Shown here piece by piece: positions 36,971 through 46,351 of a stretch of DNA of 64,000 nucleotides. This DNA is from Dehalococcoidia bacterium. GTDB taxonomy: Bacteria; Chloroflexota; Dehalococcoidia; Lucifugimonadales; JAGWBF01. The notes beneath the pieces are model-generated. The model saw only the letters and a list, made by a program, of their open reading frames with translations. It searched no databases and had not been told where the DNA came from. The stretch is taken from assembly GCA_965207935.1 (NCBI GenBank), contig CBDBNM010000002.1, positions 845,692 to 909,691 on the forward strand, given 5' to 3'. The stretch's first letter is position 1. Each line of letters opens with the position of its first letter. The translations under genes and the position numbers were made by a program.

Positions 36971-38143
36971 TTATGCTCCTCCAGCCTCGAGCTTGCGCTT
37001 CAGGTTGGCTTGCTGCTGGCGCCTGTACACCTCGGCCACCCGTGCAGCCGGGCGGGAAAGGTGTTTGTACACCAGGTAGGCTATAACCACGGTGCATGCC
37101 AGCGACATGATGGTCGCGACCCACCAAGGCCAACCATAGAACAAATATATAGCAACTATCACTATGTTGACAAAGGATAGGGGCACCATCACCTGCCAGG
37201 CGAAGGCCATGAGCTGGTCGATGCGGAGCCTGGGGAAAGTCCCCCGTACCCAGAATATGAGCAGCACCACAAAGTAGGTCTTCACCAGGAACCAAAGCCA
37301 GTCGGGGAGGAAGGGTCCATGCCAGCCACCCAGGAAGAGCAGCGCGGTCAGGGCGGCAATGACAAAGGTGTTCATGTACTCCGCCAGGAAGAAGACGGAC
37401 CAGTGGGCGCCGCTGTACTCCACAAAGGGCCCACCTACGATCTCCGATTCGGCAAAGTAGATGTCAAAGGGCGTCCGCCCAAGCTCCGCCAAGCCCGCTA
37501 TCAGGAAGATGACCAGCCCTAGGGGCATGATCACGGCGTAGGGGATGTTGGTGAACCCGGCTTCATCAGGATTGTCGGATTGGACCCCGGGGAATTGGAA
37601 GTTGGAGATCTCCCGCAAGTCCAATGACTGGGCGAGCATGGCCACAGAGACAACCACCATGATTATCGGGATCTCGTAGCTGATAAGCTGGGCGGCCGAG
37701 CGCAGCCCGCCAAGGGTGCCGTACTTGTTTGCCGAACCCCAGCCGGCCAGCACCAGACCCAGGATGGTTACCACCGAGAAGGCCACTATGTAGAAGAGTC
37801 CCATGTCCAGGTTCCGTACCACCAGGTTCTCGGCGGCGGGAATGGTAACCCAGAGCATGAAGGAGGGTACGATTACGATAAGGGGAGCCACCCAGAAGAC
37901 CGTTCTGTCTGCCCAGGCTGGGATCAGGTCTTCCTTGAGCACCAACTTCAGTGCGTCGGCCACAGGCTGAAGAAGGCCCATGGGCCCCGTCCTGGTCGGA
38001 CCAAGGCGGCGCTGCAGCCGGCCAAGGAACTTGCGCTCCAGCCACGTCAGGGACAGCACCACAACCGACAGCGCTGTGAACAATATCAGCAGCGCCAGGG
38101 CGATCAGGCCTATATCAAGCGGCAGGTCGAATCTATCGGGCAC
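36971..38143 (-). CDS. nuoH: NADH-quinone oxidoreductase subunit H
   Basis: LERKFLGRLQRRLGPTRTGPMGLLQPVADALKL is the canonical NuoH N-terminus. 390 aa. Confidence 0.92.
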   Translation of the reverse strand: MPDRFDLPLDIGLIALALLILFTALSVVVLSLTWLERKFLGRLQRRLGPTRTGPMGLLQPVADALKLVLKEDLIPAWADRTVFWVAPLIVIVPSFMLWVTIPAAENLVVRNLDMGLFYIVAFSVVTILGLVLAGWGSANKYGTLGGLRSAAQLISYEIPIIMVVVSVAMLAQSLDLREISNFQFPGVQSDNPDEAGFTNIPYAVIMPLGLVIFLIAGLAELGRTPFDIYFAESEIVGGPFVEYSGAHWSVFFLAEYMNTFVIAALTALLFLGGWHGPFLPDWLWFLVKTYFVVLLIFWVRGTFPRLRIDQLMAFAWQVMVPLSFVNIVIVAIYLFYGWPWWVATIMSLACTVVIAYLVYKHLSRPAARVAEVYRRQQQANLKRKLEAGGA

Positions 38144-38191
38144 CGGTATAGCTTCTCCATATACTCATCGTCTTGCAGAACGGGAACGCCA

Positions 38192-39322
38192 TCAGCGGTC
38201 CACCTCACCAAGGACTATGTCCAGGGACCCCAGGATAACCACCGCATCAGCCACCCAGGTGTCCTTGAGGAGCTCTTCGAGGGCGCTCAGGTTGCAGAAG
38301 GACGGGGGTCGGACCTTGACCCTGTAGGGCTTGTCGGAGCCGTCGCTGACCAGGTACACCCCGATCTCACCCCTGGGATTCTCGGACCTTACGTAAACAT
38401 CGCCCTTCGGCGGGCGGATTAGACGCCTTCCCATCGCAGCGATGGGGCCGGGGGACATCTGCCGAAGGGCTTGCTCGATGATGCTCAGGGACTGGTAGAT
38501 CTCCTGGACACGCACGTAGTAGCGGTCCCAGCAATCTCCGTCCAGCCCCACGGGAACATTGAAGTCGAACCGGTCGTACACCGAATAGGGGTCTGCGATG
38601 CGCACATCGTAGTCCACTCCGCACCCCCTGAGGCACGGGCCTGTCAGGCCATACTGCACAGCGGTGTCTGGATCTATGACCCCCACGCCCTTGGACCGGG
38701 CGATGAACACTTCGTTGTATGTAAGGAGCCTGTCGGCTTCTTCGGCATCCTCCCGGAGCATGTCAAGCACTTCCCGTACCATGGTCTCGAAATTGTCGGG
38801 GAGGTCTTCCTTGATTCCTCCCACGCGGAAGTAGTTGTGCATCATGCGGGCGCCGCTGACGGCTTCGAAGAAGGCTTGGGCGCGCTCTCGACCCCTGAAG
38901 GTGAGCATCACCGGGGTCATTGCCCCTATGTCCAGCCCGAAGGTGCCCACAAAGAGCAGGTGGCTGGCTATGCGATTCAGTTCGCACAGGATGACGCGAA
39001 CATATTCAGCCCGCTCCGGCACCTCCAAGCCCATGATCTTTTCAACGGCGCGGCAGAACACCAGCTCATTGTTGAAGTTAGAGATGTAGTCCAGCCTGTC
39101 GAACAGGGTGATGATCTGGTGATACTGCTCGCCTTCACAGAGCTTCTCCGACCCACGGTGCAGATAGCCTATATGGGGCACAACGCGGGTAATCTTTTCC
39201 CCGTCCAGCCACAACTGCATCCGAAACACACCGTGGGTGGACGGGTGCTGCGGCCCCATGTTGACCATCATCTCCAGGGACTCGCCGTCGGCGTTTATGT
39301 CCTGTACGTTAGTTCCTACCAT
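38192..39322 (-). CDS. nuoD: NADH-quinone oxidoreductase subunit D
   Basis: MVNMGPQHPSTHGVFR signature. 376 aa. Confidence 0.93.
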   Translation of the reverse strand: MVGTNVQDINADGESLEMMVNMGPQHPSTHGVFRMQLWLDGEKITRVVPHIGYLHRGSEKLCEGEQYHQIITLFDRLDYISNFNNELVFCRAVEKIMGLEVPERAEYVRVILCELNRIASHLLFVGTFGLDIGAMTPVMLTFRGRERAQAFFEAVSGARMMHNYFRVGGIKEDLPDNFETMVREVLDMLREDAEEADRLLTYNEVFIARSKGVGVIDPDTAVQYGLTGPCLRGCGVDYDVRIADPYSVYDRFDFNVPVGLDGDCWDRYYVRVQEIYQSLSIIEQALRQMSPGPIAAMGRRLIRPPKGDVYVRSENPRGEIGVYLVSDGSDKPYRVKVRPPSFCNLSALEELLKDTWVADAVVILGSLDIVLGEVDR

Positions 39323-39330
39323 ACTGAGAA

Positions 39331-39633
39331 CTACTCGCTCACCTGGCCATTAGCCTCGTTGGTGGCCCTGAACTCCAGCACCAGCTCGGTGCCTTCATCC
39401 ACTCCAGGATATCCCGCCCGGGCCAGCCTCTCTTCCAAATCGCCCTGTCCTTCCCGTTCCTGTATCCAGTTGATGAACCTCTCGATTAGGTCGTCTTGGG
39501 CCTCTTCCAGGCTTTCTCCACTTCCGCTGAGCTCCAGGGCATCCACGGCAGCCTCGAACATGCCATCGCGGTACAGCACATTCCCGGAGAGGCTGAGAGT
39601 CTTCACTTGGGAACTAGAATTCCTGGTAGTCAT
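39331..39633 (-). CDS. HicB/UPF0150-like small protein embedded between nuoC and nuoD
   Basis: An ORF fills the 290-bp nuoC-nuoD gap. YRDGMFEAAVDALELSGSGESLEEAQDDLIERFINWIQE resembles the HicB-like pattern (xDG.y.A.vPeL.g..s.G.TleEAl.nl.Eai). The start is uncertain (ATG 39633 or GTG 39606) and no clear SD is present. Confidence 0.5.
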   Translation of the reverse strand: MTTRNSSSQVKTLSLSGNVLYRDGMFEAAVDALELSGSGESLEEAQDDLIERFINWIQEREGQGDLEERLARAGYPGVDEGTELVLEFRATNEANGQVSE

Positions 39634-40129
39634 GGAAGGGGTGCTCTTTTCGGCCCGGGAATCCTTCGAATCCATCGTACAGCAGCAGGGGCTGCAGATA
39701 GGGATGGCCCTCGAAGTTCACGCCGAACAGGTCGTGGGCTTCCCGCTCATACCAATCGGCCGCCCGCCATACAGGACACACGGTCCCGATCTGTAGGTTC
39801 TCATAGGGCAGGTCCGTCTTGAGGATCAGTTTGTGGCCCTGGTCCATGGACAGCAGCACATACACCAGTTGTATGTACTCCTTGTAGTCCACGGCGCTAA
39901 GGCAGAGGAGCATCTTGAAGGAGAGCTTGGGGTCGCCCTTGAGGGTGGCGCACACCCCGGGAACATCCTGGGGAGCCACCTGGATGGTGGGGATATCTAC
40001 CGAGGCCCCGGCTTCTACCTCATGGCCCGACAGGGTTTCCTGAAGGAGCTCCTGCAGGGCCAATGCGGCAGGGCCAAGGGCGCCTTCGGATTCGGGGCTG
40101 TGGGCGGCCGCCCTATCTCCCTCTGCCAC
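39614..40129 (-). CDS. nuoC: NADH-quinone oxidoreductase subunit C
   Basis: 171 aa with [18 protein letters not shown] signature. Confidence 0.9.
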   Translation of the reverse strand: MAEGDRAAAHSPESEGALGPAALALQELLQETLSGHEVEAGASVDIPTIQVAPQDVPGVCATLKGDPKLSFKMLLCLSAVDYKEYIQLVYVLLSMDQGHKLILKTDLPYENLQIGTVCPVWRAADWYEREAHDLFGVNFEGHPYLQPLLLYDGFEGFPGRKEHPFHDYQEF

Positions 40130-40634
40130 CGCTTCGCGAGTCCCGCATTATTTTCTCCTGGAGCTTCATCAGGCCCTGCATCAGCGCCTCGGGCCTTGGG
40201 GGACATCCCGGAACATATACGTCCACGGGAACCAGGTGGTCCACACCCATCACCACCGAGTAGGAGCGATAGTAGGGACCCCCATTAGTCGCACAGCTGC
40301 CCATGGCAACCACCCACTTGGGTTCGGGCATCTGTTCGTAGAGCAGCTTGATCGGCTCACCCATCTTCTTCACGACGGTGCCGGCTACGATCATTACGTC
40401 CGACTGCCTGGGAGACGGCCACGTTACTACACCGAAACGGTCCACGTCGTGGTGAGCCATGTGAGTGGAGATCATCTCAATGGCGCAGCAAGCCAAGCCG
40501 AAGGTCAACGTCCACAGGGAAGACTTCCGGGCCATGGCAAAAAGCTCTTCGGCCTTGGCGGTTACCACTCCCGGGGCAACCTGGTTGAAAGTACTAGGGG
40601 CGGGGACGTTCCCGCCGGTGCTTATTTCCACCAT
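40113..40634 (-). CDS. nuoB: NADH-quinone oxidoreductase subunit B
   Basis: [16 protein letters not shown] and GCPPRPEAL motifs. Start taken at MVEISTGG, overlapping the nuoA end. The track ORF's 36-aa extension is unlikely to be real. Confidence 0.9.
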   Translation of the reverse strand: MVEISTGGNVPAPSTFNQVAPGVVTAKAEELFAMARKSSLWTLTFGLACCAIEMISTHMAHHDVDRFGVVTWPSPRQSDVMIVAGTVVKKMGEPIKLLYEQMPEPKWVVAMGSCATNGGPYYRSYSVVMGVDHLVPVDVYVPGCPPRPEALMQGLMKLQEKIMRDSRSGGRGR

Positions 40635-40990
40635 TCCAGTACCCCCTTGCGCCAGCCATATACGACAGCGAATGCCAGCACAGCCAGGAATATCATCATC
40701 GCGTAGAAGGCAAGGTTGTTGCCCAGGAAGACCACCGCCCACGGGAAGAGGAACACCGCTTCCACATCGAAAATCAGGAACAGGATGGCAAAGACGTAGT
40801 AGCGGATGCTGATTTGAGACCAGCGAAAAGGCTCAGGCTCTATCCCGCACTCGTAAGGGGTGAGCTTCCGGTCCGAATGCCGGCGGGATGACAGAACGCG
40901 GGAGCCAACGAACATCAACGCTATGGCAACGAAACCCACGATGGCTGACAGGATTACGGCAGCCCATCGGAAGTCAAAGTCTGCTGGCAT
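40622..40990 (-). CDS. nuoA: NADH-quinone oxidoreductase subunit A
   Basis: 122 aa with 3 TM helices. Contains [11 protein letters not shown] and [14 protein letters not shown]. Confidence 0.9.
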   Translation of the reverse strand: MPADFDFRWAAVILSAIVGFVAIALMFVGSRVLSSRRHSDRKLTPYECGIEPEPFRWSQISIRYYVFAILFLIFDVEAVFLFPWAVVFLGNNLAFYAMMIFLAVLAFAVVYGWRKGVLEWWK

Positions 40991-41210
40991 TCACGCTCCT
41001 CTGGAGATAGAGCCGCACGGTCTGTCCCGGCTGTCCAATAAGCAAGCAGACATGCGGTCGATAGCCTCTTTTCGGCGGAGGGTAGGATACCATCGGCCCC
41101 TCTTGAGTGTCAACGGAACCGAGATCGAGGGTCCAATATGTCATACTTGGATGGACTGTCAGCGGTTGACAGTGGTACCTGTCTATACCAAGATGGTTTA
41201 GAGGTGCACG

Positions 41211-41570
41211 ATGGTTGTTGCCGATTCTCCGTATCGGAGGCAGTCGTACATTTATTGGGAGCAGGCACTGGAAGAGCTTGCAAAGGGTGATCTACGTCAA
41301 GCGTCGGGAAAGGGCTGGCGTGCAGCGTCCCAGATGGTAAAGGCAGTTGGTGACCACTACAAGCTGCCACATAGTGGGCACAGTGCACTGAACGTTGTGG
41401 TCTCCCGTCTGAACGACGCCCAGCTCATCAATGATTTTGGATTGGCTCAAACCCTTCACCAGAATTTCTATGAGGGTTGGCTTGACCAAAAGCAGGTCCA
41501 ACAATACCTGGACGCCGTTGGTGTGTTCATTAAGGCATTGGACTATACCGATTTTGCGATAGATGCCTGA
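41211..41570 (+). CDS. PaREP1-family (HEPN-clan-like) protein
   Basis: LEELAKGDLRQASGKGWRAASQMVKAV...GHSALNVVVSRL...AQTLHQNFYEGWL closely follows the PaREP1 pattern (GD..qAsEK.W.AA..avKA...sH..l...v..L....a..LH.nFYE.wl). The surrounding sequence looks lower in GC by eye. Confidence 0.7.
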   Translation: MVVADSPYRRQSYIYWEQALEELAKGDLRQASGKGWRAASQMVKAVGDHYKLPHSGHSALNVVVSRLNDAQLINDFGLAQTLHQNFYEGWLDQKQVQQYLDAVGVFIKALDYTDFAIDA

Positions 41571-41839
41571 CAATAGGCGTCATCATGGTCACAGGAGTGC
41601 GATTGCAGAAACAAGCTTTCATTGGCCTTGCCGCAATTGTAGTTGCGGGGGCCCTCGCACCTAGCCAGGCCAAAGATGCGTTGGCAATATTGTGGGAAGC
41701 CCTCACATTGCCCTTCTAAGGCACTTTGGAACTCCCACCCACAGCCTCAAGCACCGGCCTGTCCAGCCTAACCTTCGAAGATTAGGGCCCAGTCGATACT
41801 TGGGCGGATATCCTTGGCGCTAACCCGCCTGTAAGGCCT

Positions 41840-43171
41840 CTAGACGATACCCTCTGCCCTCATCTTGGTCAGCACACCCTCGAAGGCCTCCAGCGTCCGG
41901 CCCACTTCCTTTTCGGTATGTGTGGAGGAGACGATGAATGAACCACGCCCCATGAGGTCGATCCCTTCGTTCATGAATCCGCGCTTGAGGGCGATGGTCT
42001 TGGCAGGGGCTCCAGCGGCCTTGATTTCCGAGTGGGGCATATCGCACACCTCCCGGTCGCAGCCGCAGTCTTCCAGTGTCATGTGTATCAGGGATGATAT
42101 GCCATGGGCATGACCCGTCACTTCCAGCCGGGCAAAGGTGTCGTTCAGCCCCCTCTTCAGAGCAGCGGCAGCTTCATCGGCCCGCTGGTTGATGGGTTCG
42201 TTGGCTATCATCTCCAGGCAAGTCGCGCCCGCCGCTGCCGAGAGAGGGTTGGCGTTGAAGGTGCCGGGGTGGGCGATGCGGCTTCGGGCGTTCCAGTCGG
42301 GATCGTCCTTGAAGGCGATCATGTCTATGATGTCAGCCCTGCCTCCTACAACGCCGCCGGGCAGACCGCCGGCAACGATCTTCGCCATGGTGGTCAGGTC
42401 GGGATCGATGCCGTACTTGCCCTGGGCGCCGCCAGGGTGGATACGGAACCCGGTAACCACCTCATCCATGATGAGGAGAACCCCGTAGGTGCGGGTAATC
42501 CGACGCAGGTCCGACAGGAACTGGGGCACGTTCAAAGGTAGCTGGCCATAGTGGGCGCCGGTGGGCTCCAGGATGACCGCCGCGATGTCGTCGTCCCGGG
42601 AGAGCACCTTCTCGACAGCATCCAGGTCCGGCGGAATGACCACCATGGATGACGACGTGACTTCAGGCACGCCGGGCACCGTGCGCCCAGCCACACTCAC
42701 CGCATAGTCGTGCCATCCATGGAAATGCTCGTCGAACTTCACAACCTTGGACTTGCCCGTGTAGGCCCTGGCCATGCGCAGCGCCATCAGGGTTGCTTCC
42801 GTCCCGGAGCTGTGACAGCGCATCTTCTCCACAGAGGGCATCAGGTTCTTGATAGCCCTCCCCCAGCGCAGCTCTTCCTCGGTGTTGGCCCCCAGGTGCG
42901 TCCCACGGCCCACCTGGTTGGCAACGGCGGAAGCTATTGCAGGGTGGGAGTGACCCAGGATCAGGGCGCCGTGCCCGCTCACGTAGTCCACGTACTCATT
43001 CCCGTCCACATCCCACTTCAGAGGCCCTTCGCCATGAGTAACGTATATGGGGAAGGGAGTAACGTAGCGGTTGTCGTGGGTGACCCCTCCCGGAAACATG
43101 TCGTTGGCCTCCTGCTGGCGGCGGGCGGATCCGGGGTGTTTCTGGACGTACTCTTCAAGAATAGTTGCCAT
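41840..43171 (-). CDS. Class-III aminotransferase (glutamate-1-semialdehyde aminomutase-like)
   Basis: ATG is the complement of 43169-43171, after AAAGGAG. Contains YVDYVSGHGALILGHSHP and LIMDEVVTGFR. Confidence 0.85.
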   Translation of the reverse strand: MATILEEYVQKHPGSARRQQEANDMFPGGVTHDNRYVTPFPIYVTHGEGPLKWDVDGNEYVDYVSGHGALILGHSHPAIASAVANQVGRGTHLGANTEEELRWGRAIKNLMPSVEKMRCHSSGTEATLMALRMARAYTGKSKVVKFDEHFHGWHDYAVSVAGRTVPGVPEVTSSSMVVIPPDLDAVEKVLSRDDDIAAVILEPTGAHYGQLPLNVPQFLSDLRRITRTYGVLLIMDEVVTGFRIHPGGAQGKYGIDPDLTTMAKIVAGGLPGGVVGGRADIIDMIAFKDDPDWNARSRIAHPGTFNANPLSAAAGATCLEMIANEPINQRADEAAAALKRGLNDTFARLEVTGHAHGISSLIHMTLEDCGCDREVCDMPHSEIKAAGAPAKTIALKRGFMNEGIDLMGRGSFIVSSTHTEKEVGRTLEAFEGVLTKMRAEGIV

Positions 43172-43289
43172 GGGCGCTCCTTTCGTCCGGGGTCTCATTT
43201 GGGGTCATAGAGTGCAGCTTGGGAATTGATGTAGGGATGATATAATACCTTCCCTTGCCGGACAAGCACACCCGGAGTTCGAACGACCT

Positions 43290-44462
43290 ATGTACAGCTA
43301 CCTGGACCACCTGGAATGCACCGTCTGTGGTGAGACCCATCCCCATGACCAGCCCATCCGCACCTGTCCCTCTTGCGGCAAGGTGCTGTTTGCCCGCTAC
43401 GACCTTCCCAGGCTGAAGCGGGAGGTCGACCGCAGCCAGTTCGAGACTCGCTCCGGCTCCATGTGGAAGTTCTCCGAGCTTCTGCCCGTCCAGGATCCGG
43501 ACAAGGTGCTGTCCCTGGGCGAAGGGGACACACCCCTGTTTCAGGCCCCCCGGCTGGGGTCTAAGCTGGGAGTGTCCAACCTGTACATCAAAGACGAGGG
43601 CCTTAACCCAACGGGCACCTTTAAGGCCAGGGGACTTTCGGCAGCCGTTTCCAAGGCCTACGAGCTGGGCATAACCAAGGTGACCATACCCTCCGCCGGG
43701 AACGCCGCCGGCGCCGTAGCGGCCTACGCCGCCAAGGGAGGCATGGAGGCCCATGTCTTCATGCCCAGGGATGCCCCGGACGCCAACAAGATCGAGTCGG
43801 AGATCATGGGCTCCAACCTGACCTTGGTGGACGGGCTGATCAACGATGCGGGCCGCCTGTCCCGTGAGAGGGCTCAGGCCGAGGGCCTGTTCGATCTATC
43901 GACCCTCCAGGAACCCTACCGGGCCGAGGGCAAGAAGACCATGGGCCTGGAGATAGCCTTGCAGCTGGGTTGGAGGATGCCCGATAGCATCATCTACCCC
44001 ACTGGGGGAGGCACCGGGATCATCGGTATGTGGAAGGGCTTCCACGAGCTGCTGGAATTGGGTTGGGTCGAGGGCAAGCTGCCCAAGTTCATCGCCGTAC
44101 AACCCGAGGGCTGCCAGCCCATCGTGAAGGCCTACAACGATGGCGCAGACATATCCGAGCTTTGGCCCAACGCCAGCACCATAGCCGACGGTCTACGGGT
44201 GCCCCACCCCTTCTCCGACTACCTGATCCTCAAGGCCATTCGCGAGACCGGTGGCACAGCATTGGCGGTAGCCGACGGCGACATGGTGAGGGCTATGCGG
44301 GATGTGGCATCGGCAGAGGGGTTGTTCATATGCCCCGAGGGCGCAGCGACCCTGGTAGCCCTGGAGCGTCTGATGGAAGACGGCTTCCTGGACCGTGACG
44401 AGAAGATCGTCCTGCTGAACACCGGCTCCGGCTACAAATACCTGGACCTGCTACGAAACTAA
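43290..44462 (+). CDS. thrC: Threonine synthase (fold-type II PLP enzyme with an N-terminal Zn ribbon)
   Basis: CTVCGETH...CPSCG ribbon and NPTGTFKARG PLP-lysine region. 390 aa. Confidence 0.78.
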   Translation: MYSYLDHLECTVCGETHPHDQPIRTCPSCGKVLFARYDLPRLKREVDRSQFETRSGSMWKFSELLPVQDPDKVLSLGEGDTPLFQAPRLGSKLGVSNLYIKDEGLNPTGTFKARGLSAAVSKAYELGITKVTIPSAGNAAGAVAAYAAKGGMEAHVFMPRDAPDANKIESEIMGSNLTLVDGLINDAGRLSRERAQAEGLFDLSTLQEPYRAEGKKTMGLEIALQLGWRMPDSIIYPTGGGTGIIGMWKGFHELLELGWVEGKLPKFIAVQPEGCQPIVKAYNDGADISELWPNASTIADGLRVPHPFSDYLILKAIRETGGTALAVADGDMVRAMRDVASAEGLFICPEGAATLVALERLMEDGFLDRDEKIVLLNTGSGYKYLDLLRN

Positions 44463-44495
44463 AGGACCCTTCCAGAACGCTAGTTAGGGGCGGCC

Positions 44496-45380
44496 TTACC
44501 CGGTTTCCTGGTCCAGCTCCCGAAGGAAGCGCTCCACCTCGGAGGACAAGGGAGGTGGGGCAGTCTCTTCTTCCGGTTCCTTGTCCTCCTCCCGCTGGTC
44601 GTACTGGCCTTCCAGCTGCTGGAGGACCGCTTTCAGTTCGGGGTTGCGATTAACCGCCGCCGTAAGCTCGGCATACTGGTTTTCACCCCGCTTCCGGTCA
44701 GCCAGCTCTATTGGAAGCTCGTACAGCGAACACAATATCTCCATCAGCCGGGCCGCGCCGGAGTAGTCCTCTTCCAGCTGAACGTACTGGGGCAGGTGCA
44801 CTACGAAGGACATGTGCTCGATGCCCATCTTGCGAGCTTCCTGGGTGATCAGGGTGGTGATGCTGGTGGGACCCTGATAGGTGGTTTCCCGCACCCGCAG
44901 CTTCCTGACCTCATCGATCAGGTTCTGGGCGCTGGCTGAGCCCGACACCAGCAGGGGCCGGGTGTGGGGCACAACATCATACATGCCACCCAGCAGGCAG
45001 TACCTCTTCACATCGAACATCTTGAGGATTTCAACCACCGAATCCACGTAGCTTTCGCCGCTCATGTGGGGCTCCCGCATGTTCAAAAGGAGGAAGTCGG
45101 GGCCTTCTTCGCGCTGGGTGTAGCCGATAGTGCTGTTGGGCAGAATTAGCTGGCGGCGGTCCCCGCTTATCCTGGTACGAGGACGGTAGCGGGTAAAGTC
45201 AAAGTAGTTTCCCGGCCGGGACAGCTTCCCAATCTGGCGGGCCGAGAAGTGCCTCTCCAGCCGTGCCAGCGCCAGGGTGCCAACCCTGCCCACGTTGACC
45301 CAGGGACGGACGATTGCCATGGCGTGGGGTTCTCGAAGTTCCGGAAGGGGGTCGGTTAGCTCGAAACCGCCGATGTTCAT
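44496..45380 (-). CDS. PAC2 (proteasome assembly chaperone 2-like) family protein
   Basis: Start taken at MNIGGFELTDPLPELREPHAMAIVRPWVNVGRVGTLA, a typical PAC2 N-terminus, with an acidic C-terminal tail. The track ORF adds 19 aa upstream. Confidence 0.65.
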   Translation of the reverse strand: MNIGGFELTDPLPELREPHAMAIVRPWVNVGRVGTLALARLERHFSARQIGKLSRPGNYFDFTRYRPRTRISGDRRQLILPNSTIGYTQREEGPDFLLLNMREPHMSGESYVDSVVEILKMFDVKRYCLLGGMYDVVPHTRPLLVSGSASAQNLIDEVRKLRVRETTYQGPTSITTLITQEARKMGIEHMSFVVHLPQYVQLEEDYSGAARLMEILCSLYELPIELADRKRGENQYAELTAAVNRNPELKAVLQQLEGQYDQREEDKEPEEETAPPPLSSEVERFLRELDQETG

Positions 45381-45450
45381 AGCTTTATCTTGCCAAAGGC
45401 CCCCCTCTTTTGCAATCCCGCGAACGGATGGGGCCACAGCGTATCGAGGT

Positions 45451-45846
45451 CTAGGGAATGACGGCCAGAGCCTCTATCTCGATGAGAAGCTCCGGGTTTG
45501 CCAGGGCGCTTATCTCCACCAGCGTGCTGGCCGGATAGCCGTCCTTCCAGAACTCCGATCGCACCTCGTGGATGTGGGCGAAGTGCTCAGCTACGTTGGT
45601 TACGAAGACTGTCACCTTGACCACATCGTCCAGGGTGGCGCCGCCCGCCTCCAGCACATCTTTCAGGTTCTCCAGCACCTGGCGCGTCTGGGCCTTAATG
45701 TCGCCCACGCCAACTGTGTTGCCGTCGGCGTCGCGGGACACCTGTCCCGACGCAAAGATCAGGTGCCCACCCGAGGCCTTGATTCCCTGGGACATTATCC
45801 CAACGGGCTTCGACACACTAGAAGATTCGAGCACGTTCTTGGCCAT
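45451..45846 (-). CDS. RidA/YjgF-family reactive-intermediate deaminase
   Basis: 131 aa with FASGQV...GDIKAQTRQVLENLKDVLEAGGATLDDVVKVTVF. Confidence 0.88.
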   Translation of the reverse strand: MAKNVLESSSVSKPVGIMSQGIKASGGHLIFASGQVSRDADGNTVGVGDIKAQTRQVLENLKDVLEAGGATLDDVVKVTVFVTNVAEHFAHIHEVRSEFWKDGYPASTLVEISALANPELLIEIEALAVIP

Positions 45847-45891
45847 TGCTAAACCTCCCTGCTGGGGTTGTGGGAATGTGAGCGTGTCCCG

Positions 45892-46284
45892 TTAGGGGAC
45901 TACCGCCACAACCTCTATCTCTATAAGGATGTCCGGATGGGCCAGGGACTTCACCTGCACGAAGGTGCTGGCCGGCCGGGTCTCTCCAAAGTAGCCTTTT
46001 CGCACCTCTGTCACCTTGGGCTGGTCCTTGATGTCGGTAACGTAGATGTTGGCTTTCACCACATCCCGCAGTGTGGCGCCCGCCTCTTCCAGCACCGCAA
46101 TGATGTTTGCAAATACCTGGTGGGTCTGGGCTTCGATGTCGCCCACGCCAACTATCTCTCTCTGAGCATTGCGGGAGGTCTGGCCGGAAACAAAGACCAT
46201 GTTCCCTGCGGGAACCTTGATGGCATGGGATATCACCGCATTGGGAATGGAGACCTTGGGGCTGGTTATGATTTCACCTGGCAT
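45892..46284 (-). CDS. RidA/YjgF-family protein, tandem paralog
   Basis: 130 aa with FVSGQT...GDIEAQTHQVFANIIAVLEEAGATLRDVVKANIY. Confidence 0.88.
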   Translation of the reverse strand: MPGEIITSPKVSIPNAVISHAIKVPAGNMVFVSGQTSRNAQREIVGVGDIEAQTHQVFANIIAVLEEAGATLRDVVKANIYVTDIKDQPKVTEVRKGYFGETRPASTFVQVKSLAHPDILIEIEVVAVVP

Positions 46285-46351
46285 ACCATCTCCCTTTCAT
46301 CTATAGAAGATCAGACTCCTCTGAGTCGCCGGGCGGAGGCTGGTGGGAATA

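Noticed and set aside
41585-41719. A 44-codon ORF downstream of the PaREP1 gene, as a possible partner gene.
   Set aside because: It has no SD, is very short, and has no recognisable family. It is mentioned under the islet finding but not called as a feature.
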